Below, one piece after another: positions 27,558-37,050 of a stretch of 64,000 bases of DNA. Both the position numbers and the translations under genes were made by a program. How positions within the stretch are numbered: the first letter of the stretch is position 1; each line of letters begins with the position of its first letter. The notes under the pieces are model-generated. The model was not told where the DNA came from and made no database searches. It saw only the letters and a list, made by a program, of their open reading frames with translations. This DNA comes from Desulfobia sp. (GTDB lineage: Bacteria; Desulfobacterota; Desulfobulbia; Desulfobulbales; SURF-16), in NCBI GenBank assembly GCA_046497465.1, contig JAWOFO010000043.1, forward strand, positions 14,966 to 78,965, read 5' to 3'.

Positions 27558-28931
27558 TTACAGTACAGGTACAGGATGACCTTTAATGCTTCTATCCAGA
27601 GTTTCCTCCAACTCCTGCTGTGATAGTTCCGAATTGGTCAGTTCTCCCGCCATATATTTACTGTAGCCACTGAGATCCATCAGGCCGTGACCGCTCAGGT
27701 TAAACATAATGACCTTCTCCCTGCCCTCTTCCCTTGCCTCAACTGCCTTCTGAATGGTGGCGGCAATGGCATGACTGGTTTCAGGTGCCACAATCATGCC
27801 TTCGGTTCTGGCAAAGATCATTGCAGCCTTGTAGCACTCCAGCTGTTTAAGAGATAAGGGGCTCATCAATCCCTGGGCAACGGCATGGGAAACCAGAGGA
27901 GACATGCCGTGGTAACGGAGACCTCCAGCATGAATGGGAGCCGGAATAAAGTCATGTCCCAGGGAATACATGGCCAGCATAGGGGTCATTTTAGCAACAT
28001 CCCCATGGTCATAAGCGTAAGGACCCCGGGTCAATGTGGGACATGATGCGGGCTCCACAGGAATTATTTCTATATCATCCCCGTTAATCTTATCCAGAGT
28101 AAAGGGGAAGGCAAGACCGGCAAAATTGCTGCCGCCTCCTGCGCATCCTATGATGGTATCTACCTTTTTAATACCTGCCTTTTCAAGCTGTTTTTTTGCT
28201 TCAAGCCCAATAATGGTCTGATGCAGCATTACATGATTCAGCACACTGCCCAGGGCATACCGCGTCTGCCCGGTTTCATCGGCAACAGCCGCCTCCACAG
28301 CCTCGCTTATAGCAATACCGAGGCTTCCCGGCGTATCCGGAGATTTTGCGAGAATCTCGCGTCCGGCTATGGTTTCGTTGGAAGGACTTGCCACACAGTT
28401 CCCTCCCCAGATTTCCATCATGGTCTTTCTTAATGGTTTCTGATCAAAACTGATTCTTACCATAAAAACCTTGCATTCAAGCCCCAACAGGGAACAGGCA
28501 TAAGAGAGAGCACAGCCCCATTGACCTGCCCCGGTTTCAGTGGTCAGCTTTTTAATACCGAATTCTTTATTATACCAGGCTTGGGCTACCGCGGTATTGG
28601 GTTTATGGCTGCCGGCATGAGAAACACTTTCGTCTTTATAAAAAATTTTTGCCGGTGTATTCAGATATCTCTCAAGATAGACGGCCCTCCTCAGTGGGGA
28701 CGGACGCCATCGGTACAACAGATCCAGAATTCCTTCAGGAATATCAATCCAGCGCTCCTGACTCACCTCCTGCTCAATAAGGTTCATGGGAAAGACAGGT
28801 GCCAGCATCTCGGGTCCAACAGGATTGCCATCAGGTCCTATGGGAGGGTTGATTGTGCCGGGAAGGTCGGCAACAATATTGTACCACTGTCTCGGGATCT
28901 CGTCTTCATTTAAAAACACCTTCACAGCCAT
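27558..28931 (-). CDS. trpB: TrpB2-type tryptophan synthase beta-like PLP enzyme
   Basis: 457 aa with the PLP-lysine context GSHKPNTA, GGGSNFAG, and the long N-terminal extension typical of TrpB2. Confidence 0.85.
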   Translation of the reverse strand: MAVKVFLNEDEIPRQWYNIVADLPGTINPPIGPDGNPVGPEMLAPVFPMNLIEQEVSQERWIDIPEGILDLLYRWRPSPLRRAVYLERYLNTPAKIFYKDESVSHAGSHKPNTAVAQAWYNKEFGIKKLTTETGAGQWGCALSYACSLLGLECKVFMVRISFDQKPLRKTMMEIWGGNCVASPSNETIAGREILAKSPDTPGSLGIAISEAVEAAVADETGQTRYALGSVLNHVMLHQTIIGLEAKKQLEKAGIKKVDTIIGCAGGGSNFAGLAFPFTLDKINGDDIEIIPVEPASCPTLTRGPYAYDHGDVAKMTPMLAMYSLGHDFIPAPIHAGGLRYHGMSPLVSHAVAQGLMSPLSLKQLECYKAAMIFARTEGMIVAPETSHAIAATIQKAVEAREEGREKVIMFNLSGHGLMDLSGYSKYMAGELTNSELSQQELEETLDRSIKGHPVPVL

Positions 28932-29084
28932 GGCAATTCTATCTCCTTTTTATTAATAAAAATAAAACTTTACTTTTTAGGTTCGTGTTGATAAGAACAA
29001 TATCTCAATTGTTTTCATTTTGTCAAGATGATTTAATTTTTTTTAAACCAATTACAAAAAGTTAATCTTAAAGGAGAAAACCAG

Positions 29085-30044
29085 ATGAAACGAACTGTTT
29101 TGACATTGAGTCTGATTTTGTCATTTATCGCGTTACCGGGTATATCAAGCCATGCCTATGACTTACCCAGTGTAAACCTGGGCTTCACCAGTTTTCTTGA
29201 CGGAGGCCCGCCTGCCGGTCCGGGATTCTATTTTACCCAGTACCTCCAGTACTGGAAATCCGACAACTTCACCAATGCCAAGGGGAAAGCCCTGCTTCCC
29301 GATTCTGCCGATGAAGATCTGTCCGCCTGGATCGGTCTGACCCAGTTCATCTATCAGTCAGACAAGGAGTTTCTGCTCGGAGGAAAATGGGGCCTCGATG
29401 TTATTGTACCGGTGGTGGAACTGGATATGACTTACGGCACCGACAATCCCGCCTTCCCCCAGGACCACGGCAGCGGTATGGGCGACCTCCTGGTGGGTCC
29501 TTTCCTTCAGTGGGATCCGATAATGGGGGAAAACGGCCCGATTTTTATGCACAGACTGGAACTCCAGATGATATTCCCGACCGGAGCGTACAGCGACAAC
29601 AAAGAGTTGAACACGGGCAGCAACTTTTTTTCATTCAATCCCTACTGGGCAGCCACTCTTTTCCTGAGTCCCAGACTGACTGCGTCCACCCGTATCCATT
29701 ATCTCTGGAATGAAAAAAACAACGATCCCAACCGCAATTTCCCTGGTGCTGATGATACCCAGGCGGGTCAGGCAATCCATGCCAACTTTACTATGGCCTA
29801 TGAAATCATTCCAAAACAGTTAAGGGCGGGAATCAACGGCTATTATCTAAAACAGATTACAGATACCGAAATGGATGGAGAAGATGTATCTGACAGTAAA
29901 GAGCAGGTGCTGGGCCTTGGTCCGGGCATGGTGTATCATCTGTCACGGGACAATCACCTCTTCTTTAATGCCTATTTTGAATCTTCAGCGGAAAATCGTC
30001 CTGAAGGAGAACGGTTCAATCTTAGGTGGGTTCACCATTTTTAA
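29085..30044 (+). CDS. outer-membrane beta-barrel channel (transporter family, 'MetA-pathway of phenol degradation'-like)
   Basis: 319 aa with a signal peptide (…ALPGISSHA), alternating beta-strand pattern, and a C-terminal aromatic residue (…RWVHHF). Confidence 0.6.
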   Translation: MKRTVLTLSLILSFIALPGISSHAYDLPSVNLGFTSFLDGGPPAGPGFYFTQYLQYWKSDNFTNAKGKALLPDSADEDLSAWIGLTQFIYQSDKEFLLGGKWGLDVIVPVVELDMTYGTDNPAFPQDHGSGMGDLLVGPFLQWDPIMGENGPIFMHRLELQMIFPTGAYSDNKELNTGSNFFSFNPYWAATLFLSPRLTASTRIHYLWNEKNNDPNRNFPGADDTQAGQAIHANFTMAYEIIPKQLRAGINGYYLKQITDTEMDGEDVSDSKEQVLGLGPGMVYHLSRDNHLFFNAYFESSAENRPEGERFNLRWVHHF

Positions 30045-30049
30045 TAGTA

Positions 30050-30080
30050 TCTGTCCAGAAATAAATAATTTCAGGACAGA
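30050..30080 (+). terminator. stem-loop just after the OMP gene stop
   Basis: TCTGTCC (30050-30056) pairs with GGACAGA (30074-30080) across an AT-rich loop. The T-tract is weak. Confidence 0.35.
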
Positions 30081-30225
30081 GTCTTCAGCAGTCAGCGAAA
30101 AGCGCTTAGCTCAAGTCTCATGTACCCCTTTTCCTGCTGATTGCTGAAGACTGTTTGGCACATTTTTAAAGACGAACAGATATGGGGAAACCTCGAGTTC
30201 GGGTTTCCTTATCTCGAGGAGTGCC

Positions 30226-30287
30226 GTTCCTGAATGACTATACCAACCGTCTGAAATCATAATAGTTTTCTCAACTGTAGAGTAGAG
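30226..30287 (+). mobile_element. family-A repeat, half element starting at the GTTCCTGAA motif, with a degenerate terminus
   Basis: GTTCCTGAATGACTATACCAACCGTCTGAAATCATAATAGTTTTCTCAAC is the reverse complement of the left arm of the 16751 and 42088 copies. Confidence 0.7.
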
Positions 30288-30328
30288 TTAAAAACATTCT
30301 AGAATAATCCGGGGACAGGAAATTGCAA

Positions 30329-32308
30329 TCACCCTGATTCTGAACAAAATTGATAATCACCACGCCCTGTCTTTTTTACTTTATACATTGCTTTATCAGC
30401 TTGGTGCAGGAGGATTCCGGCAGATTTGCCATCATCCGGAAAGATACTTATACCGATGCTGGCTCCCAACTGACAGCAGGCAATTTCAAGATGGACAGGT
30501 GTGGAAATACTCACCAGTATCCTTTCGGCAATCTCCTCTACTTCCCTCCTGTGGTTAAATTCAGGCAGTAAAATGGCAAACTCGTCACCCCCTACACGAG
30601 CCACCACATCCATTTCCCGGATGGAATTTTTCAGACGCTCAGCCACCTTCTGCAGGACCTTGTCACCGAAGGCATGACCTAACCGGTCATTGACGGGCTT
30701 AAAACCATCCAGGTCAAAATAAAGGAGAGCAAGTTGAGACCCCTTTCTCTTAGCTCTGTTCAAGCTTTTTTTAAAATGGTCCATAAAAGAAATCCGATTA
30801 TAGAGACCGGTCAGGGCATCGTGGAGGGCGAAAAATTCTATTTTTCTTTCCTGTTTTTTTCTTTCTGTAATATCTTCTTTCACTGCTATATAATAGAGGG
30901 GATTACCCCAATAATCAGTTAATAAGGATATTGAGGCTCTTTCCCAGAATTTCCGGCCGAATTTATCAAGATTGCAGAATTCTCCCTGCCATTCCTTACC
31001 GGCTGAGATAGTTTCCCACAATTCTTTATAAAAGCCCGGCCTCTGCTGGCCGGACTTTAACATCCTGGGATTCTTACCTATTACTTCTTCCCTGGTATAA
31101 CCCGAAATCTGGCTGAACTTAGGATTTACATAAACGATCCTGCCGTCCAGATCAGTGATCATCACAGAAACCGGGCTTTGCTCCACGGCCCGGGAAAGAA
31201 TCGCAATCTGTTCCATAATCTCCCTGCGTCTGGTTATATCCTGAACAATTCCTAACATCCGAATTGCCTGACCAGACTGATCAACTATTGTCATACCGTT
31301 CTCTCTCAGCCAGCGGATTGAACCGTCAGGCAAAATTATTCTGTGCTCCAGATTATAGTCTCCAGCCTTTTTAAGGATATTATTAACCGCAGTCTCAAAA
31401 TAGTCCCTGTCATCAGGATGAACCAATTCCAGGAAAGCAGCAAAATCCCCTTTAAACGTCCCTTTCTCCAGCCCCAGCATAGATTCAATGTTATCCGACC
31501 AGTACATGTGGTCATTCCGGACATCCCAATCCCAGCTTCCTATATTGGCGGCCTTCTGGGTCAGGGAGTACATCTCTACATTCCTTCTTAAAGCCAGGTC
31601 TGAATTAACCCGCTCACTGATATCCATGCTGTAGATATTAAAGTAATCTTCTCCGCTGACAGCCTGGATGGCAAACTGATAAGTTTTTTCTTTTATGGAG
31701 ATTTCCAGGTATTTTGTTGCACTTCCGTTACCCAATTCCAACAACGGGTCACGGAATAAGGGGGGAAGAGACTGCCCTTCCCCGGTCTGCCAGTATTCAA
31801 GAAGTTCCCGGCCCGCCTGGTTGGCATACATTACAGCCCCGTCCCGGTTAACCCTGAAAACAGGATTGGGATCCTGATCCGGAAATCCGGAGATTCTTTC
31901 CAGTTCCCTTTCATACTCTTTTTTCTTAGTAATATTACGAAATATTCCCAGGACAACTTTTTTACCCTCCAGTTCAAGAAACCTGGTCTTGATGGCTGCA
32001 TCAAAAACAGTACCATCTTTTTTCACTACCCGGGCCTCCAGGTAATCATCAATCCCGGGACCTGTACCTTTATTATGCCTTCTGGGGGAAAAATCTATAT
32101 CTTCCTGGGATGGCTGCAGGAATGTCTGATGCCGACCGATCAACTCATCTTTTTGCCAACCCAGAACTCCAGAGGCAGCCTTATTACAGTTGACAATCAT
32201 ACCGGTTTCCAGATCGAAGACAAAAATCATATCCGGGGCTTCATCAAAAATCTTCTTATAGTTATTATCCAGAGATTCGGCCATATCAAAACCTGCCACG
32301 GTATTCAT
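30329..32308 (-). CDS. multi-PAS/PAC sensor diguanylate cyclase (GGDEF)
   Basis: 659 aa. Three PAS/PAC-like modules are followed by a GGDEF domain (RVGGDEFAILL). No EAL domain. Confidence 0.9.
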   Translation of the reverse strand: MNTVAGFDMAESLDNNYKKIFDEAPDMIFVFDLETGMIVNCNKAASGVLGWQKDELIGRHQTFLQPSQEDIDFSPRRHNKGTGPGIDDYLEARVVKKDGTVFDAAIKTRFLELEGKKVVLGIFRNITKKKEYERELERISGFPDQDPNPVFRVNRDGAVMYANQAGRELLEYWQTGEGQSLPPLFRDPLLELGNGSATKYLEISIKEKTYQFAIQAVSGEDYFNIYSMDISERVNSDLALRRNVEMYSLTQKAANIGSWDWDVRNDHMYWSDNIESMLGLEKGTFKGDFAAFLELVHPDDRDYFETAVNNILKKAGDYNLEHRIILPDGSIRWLRENGMTIVDQSGQAIRMLGIVQDITRRREIMEQIAILSRAVEQSPVSVMITDLDGRIVYVNPKFSQISGYTREEVIGKNPRMLKSGQQRPGFYKELWETISAGKEWQGEFCNLDKFGRKFWERASISLLTDYWGNPLYYIAVKEDITERKKQERKIEFFALHDALTGLYNRISFMDHFKKSLNRAKRKGSQLALLYFDLDGFKPVNDRLGHAFGDKVLQKVAERLKNSIREMDVVARVGGDEFAILLPEFNHRREVEEIAERILVSISTPVHLEIACCQLGASIGISIFPDDGKSAGILLHQADKAMYKVKKTGRGDYQFCSESG

Positions 32309-32543
32309 TAATCACCTGCCCATATAACTGAAAAACAGAATGATAAGTCTAACTGACTAAATATATAAAAACAATATCACAAAATAAGACCAGGGATGAA
32401 GGGCAATAAAAAAATAAAGTATTAACGCCCTGAAGAATTGGTTTTTTAAAGATAAAAAAACACAAATTGCCTTGCCGTATTCCTGTTCCCCCGGATTTAT
32501 CGTTTTTTTTTGAGGCTTATGGAGCTTGCCGGCCTGGACTGCC

Positions 32544-32684
32544 TTATGCTTTTAGATCCAGCTTTTGGGCAATTCCGGTAATGTCCTCCCCCTTGTCAAG
32601 CAAGCCCTGGACTTTCTCTGTGACCTCTGGAGTTAATACCGCCGGCCCCCGGAGCGTCTGGGTTCTTCAAAAAAAACCGGCCAT
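32544..32684 (-). pseudogene. relic of a recombinase/transposase-type helix-turn-helix, with an in-frame TGA at codon 6
   Basis: ATG GCC GGT TTT TTT TGA then RTQTLRGPAVLTPEVTEKVQGLLDKGEDITGIAQKLDLKA*. The (G)RPxxLTPE...G.S...IA..LG pattern is typical of resolvase/IS HTH domains. No catalytic domain is adjacent. Confidence 0.3.
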
Positions 32685-32887
32685 ACCTTTTTCCCGGTAC
32701 AATAATTATCAATAGGAAATTTAAAAATTACATGGGCACATATGCAAAAAATATATGCTGAAAAACTCTTTTAAAACAAATGGTTATATGCTAAAATGTT
32801 GATTAATTAGACGTAACTTCGGTTTAATATGGCTTCTTGGTGATGATCCATACCAGGAAGTATAATACAACTGCTATCTAAAAGCTA

Positions 32888-32903
32888 TCCGCCTAAAGGC
32901 GGA
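32888..32903 (-). terminator. probable intrinsic terminator of the thioesterase gene
   Basis: The minus strand reads TCCGCC-TTTA-GGCGGA followed by TAGCTTTTAG, about 95 nt after the stop at 32999. Confidence 0.45.
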
Positions 32904-32998
32904 GGTTTAAACCTTGAAAACGGACGAATGAAGAGATGAACAAATACAGAATACCAACAGGTTCTTACAATAACCTGGAAAAATGGCAATAATGAGGA

Positions 32999-33445
32999 CT
33001 AAGGCTGAAGGTTGTCTGAAGTTTTTTTTAATTGACTGAGGATATCTCTGTTCATGCGGGTAATTCTTCCCTGACGATTTACTGAGACATGCACTGTAAA
33101 CCCCTTAACTAGAAGCTTCTCATCCCGGGCTCGCAAGATATGATGGTTGAAACGCCAACTTATCCGGGAAAGCTCCTGAATTGAGGTCCTGATAAGGAGA
33201 AGATCATCATAGCAGGCTGGGGCCTTGTACCTGAGATAACTCTCCACCACTGGGAGAATATAACCCTGGTCTTCTAGCTCCCGGTAAGAAATAGCATGCT
33301 CCCGCATGAACTCTGTTCTGCCTTTTTCAAAATATCGCTGGTAATTGGCATAGTAGACCACCCCACCGGCATCCGTATCTCCATAAAGAGTCCTGTGCCT
33401 GATTTCATGAACAGGTGCAGCTAATTCAATTTTAAAATTTATCAA
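32999..33445 (-). CDS. acyl-CoA thioesterase, YbgC/4HBT hot-dog family
   Basis: 148 aa with the YGDTDAGGVVYYANYQRYFE signature. Confidence 0.8.
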   Translation of the reverse strand: MINFKIELAAPVHEIRHRTLYGDTDAGGVVYYANYQRYFEKGRTEFMREHAISYRELEDQGYILPVVESYLRYKAPACYDDLLLIRTSIQELSRISWRFNHHILRARDEKLLVKGFTVHVSVNRQGRITRMNRDILSQLKKTSDNLQP

Positions 33446-33479
33446 TAGTCCCTAATTTAAGATTTAAATAATTCGCCTT

Positions 33480-34694
33480 TCAACTTTTCAGGCCTGCATA
33501 GAGAAAATAGCGGAAAAATTCTTCACCGTTTGCAAATCGCAGGCCGGAAACTTCCCCATTCCTTTCAGAAAAAGTAAGACCATTATCCCTCTCCTGTTTT
33601 CCGGAATCAAAAAGGGCGAAAGCTACCGGATGAGAGGTGTGAGTCTTGAGACTCACCGGGGTAAGATGATCCATGCAGACCATAATACGGCAACCATGGC
33701 CTGTATTCTCCAGTATCGGCTTAACCACCTGCCTATCAAAAGCCTCTATCGCCTTGATCTTGTCATCTATTGACCCCTGATGACCGGTTTCGTCAGGGGC
33801 CTCAATATGGAGAAAAACAAAATCATCATTTTCCAGGGCCTTAAGAGCAGCAGAGACCTTCCCTTGATAATTGGTATCAAGATAACCGGTGGCTCCTTTA
33901 ATGTCAGGGGCGTTAAGTCCCGCATAGACAGCTATGCCCTTGAGCAGATCAACGGCAGATATAAGGGTCCCACTGATCCCGTATTTCTCCCTGAGTGTCG
34001 ACATAGCAGGAGAAACCCCCTCACCCCAAAGCCATACTCCATTGGCAGGCAGAAGACCTGCCTCCTGCCGTTTCCGGTTAACAGGATGGGTAGCCAAAAC
34101 AGACCTGCTGGCCTCCATGAACTCATTTATCTCTGGAACTGTCCGATATCCACGCCAGAGTTCATCTACATACTGACCGGTATAGTCATGGGGGGGAAAG
34201 GTATTCAGCCCTGTTATCTTTCCGCGGTAGACCAAAAGATGACGATAACTGACCCCGGGATACAACTTAATTTTTTCATTACCGAACCGCCTCTCCAGTT
34301 CGCCTATAAGCTCTGCCGCCTCTGCTGTACTGATATGGCCGCCGCAATAGTCCTGCATCAGCAAGCCGTCCGGATCATTTTTCAAGGTCACCAGATTACA
34401 GCGAAAGGAGATCTCCCCGTCCCGCAGTTCAACTCCCAAACTGGCCGCTTCCAGAGGAGAACGGCCACTGTAGAACTCTTCGGGGCGATAACCGAGAAGT
34501 GAAAGATTGGCCACATCACTGCCCGGAGAAAAACCTGCGGGAATGGTCTGTACCAGTCCTAACTGCCCGTGGCCGGCAATGTAATCCATAGCAGGAGTAT
34601 CTGCAGCTTCCAGGGGGGTTCTGTTCCCCAATTCCGGCAAAGGAAAATCTCCCATGCCGTCTCCTACTAATACTATGAATTTAGACTTACTCAT
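33480..34694 (-). CDS. ApgM-family (archaeal-type cofactor-independent phosphoglycerate mutase-like) metalloenzyme
   Basis: MSKSKFIVLVGDGMGD..., HIEAPDETGHQG. The start is reassigned to ATG 34694, which overlaps the hom stop by 8 nt. The track ORF extends to 34796 inside hom. Confidence 0.8.
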   Translation of the reverse strand: MSKSKFIVLVGDGMGDFPLPELGNRTPLEAADTPAMDYIAGHGQLGLVQTIPAGFSPGSDVANLSLLGYRPEEFYSGRSPLEAASLGVELRDGEISFRCNLVTLKNDPDGLLMQDYCGGHISTAEAAELIGELERRFGNEKIKLYPGVSYRHLLVYRGKITGLNTFPPHDYTGQYVDELWRGYRTVPEINEFMEASRSVLATHPVNRKRQEAGLLPANGVWLWGEGVSPAMSTLREKYGISGTLISAVDLLKGIAVYAGLNAPDIKGATGYLDTNYQGKVSAALKALENDDFVFLHIEAPDETGHQGSIDDKIKAIEAFDRQVVKPILENTGHGCRIMVCMDHLTPVSLKTHTSHPVAFALFDSGKQERDNGLTFSERNGEVSGLRFANGEEFFRYFLYAGLKS

Positions 34695-35997
34695 GCTTCT
34701 CCACCAGTATCCTGATTTTAACAGCCTTATCAGTGGTGATATCCAGACTGTCAATCTCGGCCAGGGCCTTATTGACAGACTCTTCACTGGCTTCATAAGT
34801 AGACATGACTATAGGAACAGAATCCTCTGTCTCACTGCCTTTCTGGATAACCGATTCTATACTTATACCGTTATCGCCAAGGATACCGGCTATACGAGAC
34901 AAGACTTTTGTTTTATCCAGGGTGCTGAACCTTATATAAAAGGGGCAACGAAGGTTGGCCATGGGACTAATTTGTCTATCTTTGATATACTCAGGCAAAT
35001 AAGACAGACTCGGCACCCGGTTGATAAAACCTGACATAATATTACGGGAAATATCTATAATATCTGCCACCACGGCGCTGCCGGTAGCCATCATTCCAGC
35101 TCCATGGCCGTATAGGAGGATATTCCCCACCATATCCCCGCTGAAACAGACCCCGTTATAGGTGCCGTTTATACTGGCCAGCATATGTTCCTTAGGGACA
35201 AGAGTGGGATGAACCCTGGCTTCGACATGGTCGCCATAATTATGGCTGATCGCCAGAAGTTTAAGACGGTATCCCATTTCCTTGGCATAGTCGATATCAA
35301 TAGGCTCCAGGCGGCTGATACCTTCACAGGTAACATCGGCAAGGTCCATCTTCATACCATAGGCCATGGACATAAGAATAACCAGCTTATGAGCCGTATC
35401 TATTCCCTCTATGTCATAGCCGGGATCAGCCTCGGCATAACCCTTATCCTGAGCCTCCTGAAGTGCTTCACTGAATAAAAGACCATAATCCGACATCTTA
35501 CTAAGGATATAATTGGCTGTCCCGTTCAGTATGCCTATGATAGAATCAATCCGGTTGGCAACCAATCCCTCTTTAAGTGATTTGATGATGGGTATGCCTC
35601 CCCCGACACTGGCTTCAAAACCTATTTCCACATTCTTTTCTGCAGCAAGGACAAATATCTCCGTCCCATGCTGGGAAAGGAGGGCCTTATTGGCAGTCAC
35701 TACATGCTTGCCGTTTTCAATAGCCTTCAGGATGTATGTCCGGGCAAGTGTAGTCCCGCCGATGAGCTCCACCACAATATCGATTGCCGGATCATCAAGA
35801 ATATCATTGGCATCCCTGGTCAGGGTTATCCCCTCAAGATGGGAAGGTAAACTCTCTACATTGATGTCGGCAACGGCCTTAAGCAAAACATGGCCGCCTC
35901 CCCGTCTTTTCAAACGGTCAGCCTGCTCATAAAGGACGCGGGCAGTCCCCCGGCCCACGGTTCCAAAACCTATTAAGCCTATTTTAACATCTCGCAT
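34687..35997 (-). CDS. hom: homoserine dehydrogenase with a C-terminal ACT domain
   Basis: 436 aa with IGLIGFGTVGRG and VTANKALL. Confidence 0.9.
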   Translation of the reverse strand: MRDVKIGLIGFGTVGRGTARVLYEQADRLKRRGGGHVLLKAVADINVESLPSHLEGITLTRDANDILDDPAIDIVVELIGGTTLARTYILKAIENGKHVVTANKALLSQHGTEIFVLAAEKNVEIGFEASVGGGIPIIKSLKEGLVANRIDSIIGILNGTANYILSKMSDYGLLFSEALQEAQDKGYAEADPGYDIEGIDTAHKLVILMSMAYGMKMDLADVTCEGISRLEPIDIDYAKEMGYRLKLLAISHNYGDHVEARVHPTLVPKEHMLASINGTYNGVCFSGDMVGNILLYGHGAGMMATGSAVVADIIDISRNIMSGFINRVPSLSYLPEYIKDRQISPMANLRCPFYIRFSTLDKTKVLSRIAGILGDNGISIESVIQKGSETEDSVPIVMSTYEASEESVNKALAEIDSLDITTDKAVKIRILVEKHE

Positions 35998-36040
35998 AAA
36001 AGTCCTGTTACGGTTGTTTATTTATCAGTATTGCAATAAT

Positions 36041-36323
36041 CTCAACTTTCCGGCTTAATTTATTTATATGATATAACGTGAAAATCTCCCGTCAGACAGT
36101 GGTATTTAGCGGTGGATATGTCTATTCAGGAACATTGTGCAGTGTTTGCTAGTGGTTTTTGGCGAAGCGAAACGTTAAAAATTTCAACTGTCTGAGCGAG
36201 GTACGAGCGAGTTTTGCAATTTTAGTGAAGCGAGCCTTAGAGCCACTCAAACACGAAGCCGTTCCTGAATAGACATGCCAACCTCATGAAATCCTGCTAT
36301 TTTTCTTAAGTCGGAAAGTTGAG
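36041..36323 (+). mobile_element. family-A element, full-length copy A3 (283 bp)
   Basis: Collinear with 4785-5067, with 6 mismatches in the 127-nt core. It lies between the hom start and the stop of the mqnB-like gene. Confidence 0.9.
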
Positions 36324-36340
36324 AATAAACGTTTACAGAT

Positions 36341-37033
36341 TCAGCAGGAAGATTTCAGCAAGTCAAGTACCAGGCTGCACATGTAACGTCCTCCAAGATC
36401 ACAGGCCTCGTTAATACGCCACTTCCTGCCGCTAACCCGGTCTTCCACCATATTACTAATAGTGCGCAGTTCAAGAAAATCGACAACAAATCCCGTGCAG
36501 ACCCGGGCCAGGGCAGCCCCTTCCATATTCTCACAAAGAGCCTGATGTTTATCCCGGAAAAATTCACCCCTTGAGGCAGTGCCGCTGGCACAATTCAGGG
36601 TGACAAAGCCCCCCTCCCGAAAAGGGATCTTTTCTTCGGTCAGTAAGTGGACTGCCCTTTTAAAAATAGACTGGCTGTTAAGCCTGAAATCCTGCTTTAT
36701 ATCCAGGATTGGATCAGCCGGTACATTAACAACCCCGGAGTCGCATACTCCCAGATCAGCTATAACTTCCCTGGTGGCCAGACAAAAATCGAGAATATCA
36801 ATACCGGTTCCCGGATATGCCCCTCCAATTCCAAAATTAATAACTCCGGAAGGCAGGTTTTCATGCTGCTCCGCTAGATAGCGGCAGAGATTATAAGCGG
36901 CCTCAACAGGTCCCACTCCGCAACGCAGTAGTGCTAAACGGGGAATACCATCTAATTCACGCCGGATAAATGACAGTTCTTTGTCAGTGGAGGCAACGAG
37001 GAGGTAGTTATCCTTCATCCTTGACAGACCCAC
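36341..37033 (-). CDS. mqnB: futalosine hydrolase-like nucleosidase (PNP/UDP family)
   Basis: 230 aa with CGVGPVEAAY, FGIGGAY and ENMEGAALA, typical of MTA/SAH-nucleosidase/MqnB proteins. The subfamily assignment is tentative. Confidence 0.55.
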   Translation of the reverse strand: MGLSRMKDNYLLVASTDKELSFIRRELDGIPRLALLRCGVGPVEAAYNLCRYLAEQHENLPSGVINFGIGGAYPGTGIDILDFCLATREVIADLGVCDSGVVNVPADPILDIKQDFRLNSQSIFKRAVHLLTEEKIPFREGGFVTLNCASGTASRGEFFRDKHQALCENMEGAALARVCTGFVVDFLELRTISNMVEDRVSGRKWRINEACDLGGRYMCSLVLDLLKSSC

Positions 37034-37050
37034 TTTACCATAATGTGCCT

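Noticed and set aside
27229-27579. 116-aa plus-strand ORF and 65-aa minus ORF (27309-27506)
   Set aside because: They overlap the better-formed 86-aa ATG-initiated minus-strand ORF and the end of trpB2, and their composition is less protein-like.
32467-32715. 82-aa plus-strand ORF
   Set aside because: It is Pro/Ser/Phe-rich with no start context, and lies antisense to the HTH-like relic frame.
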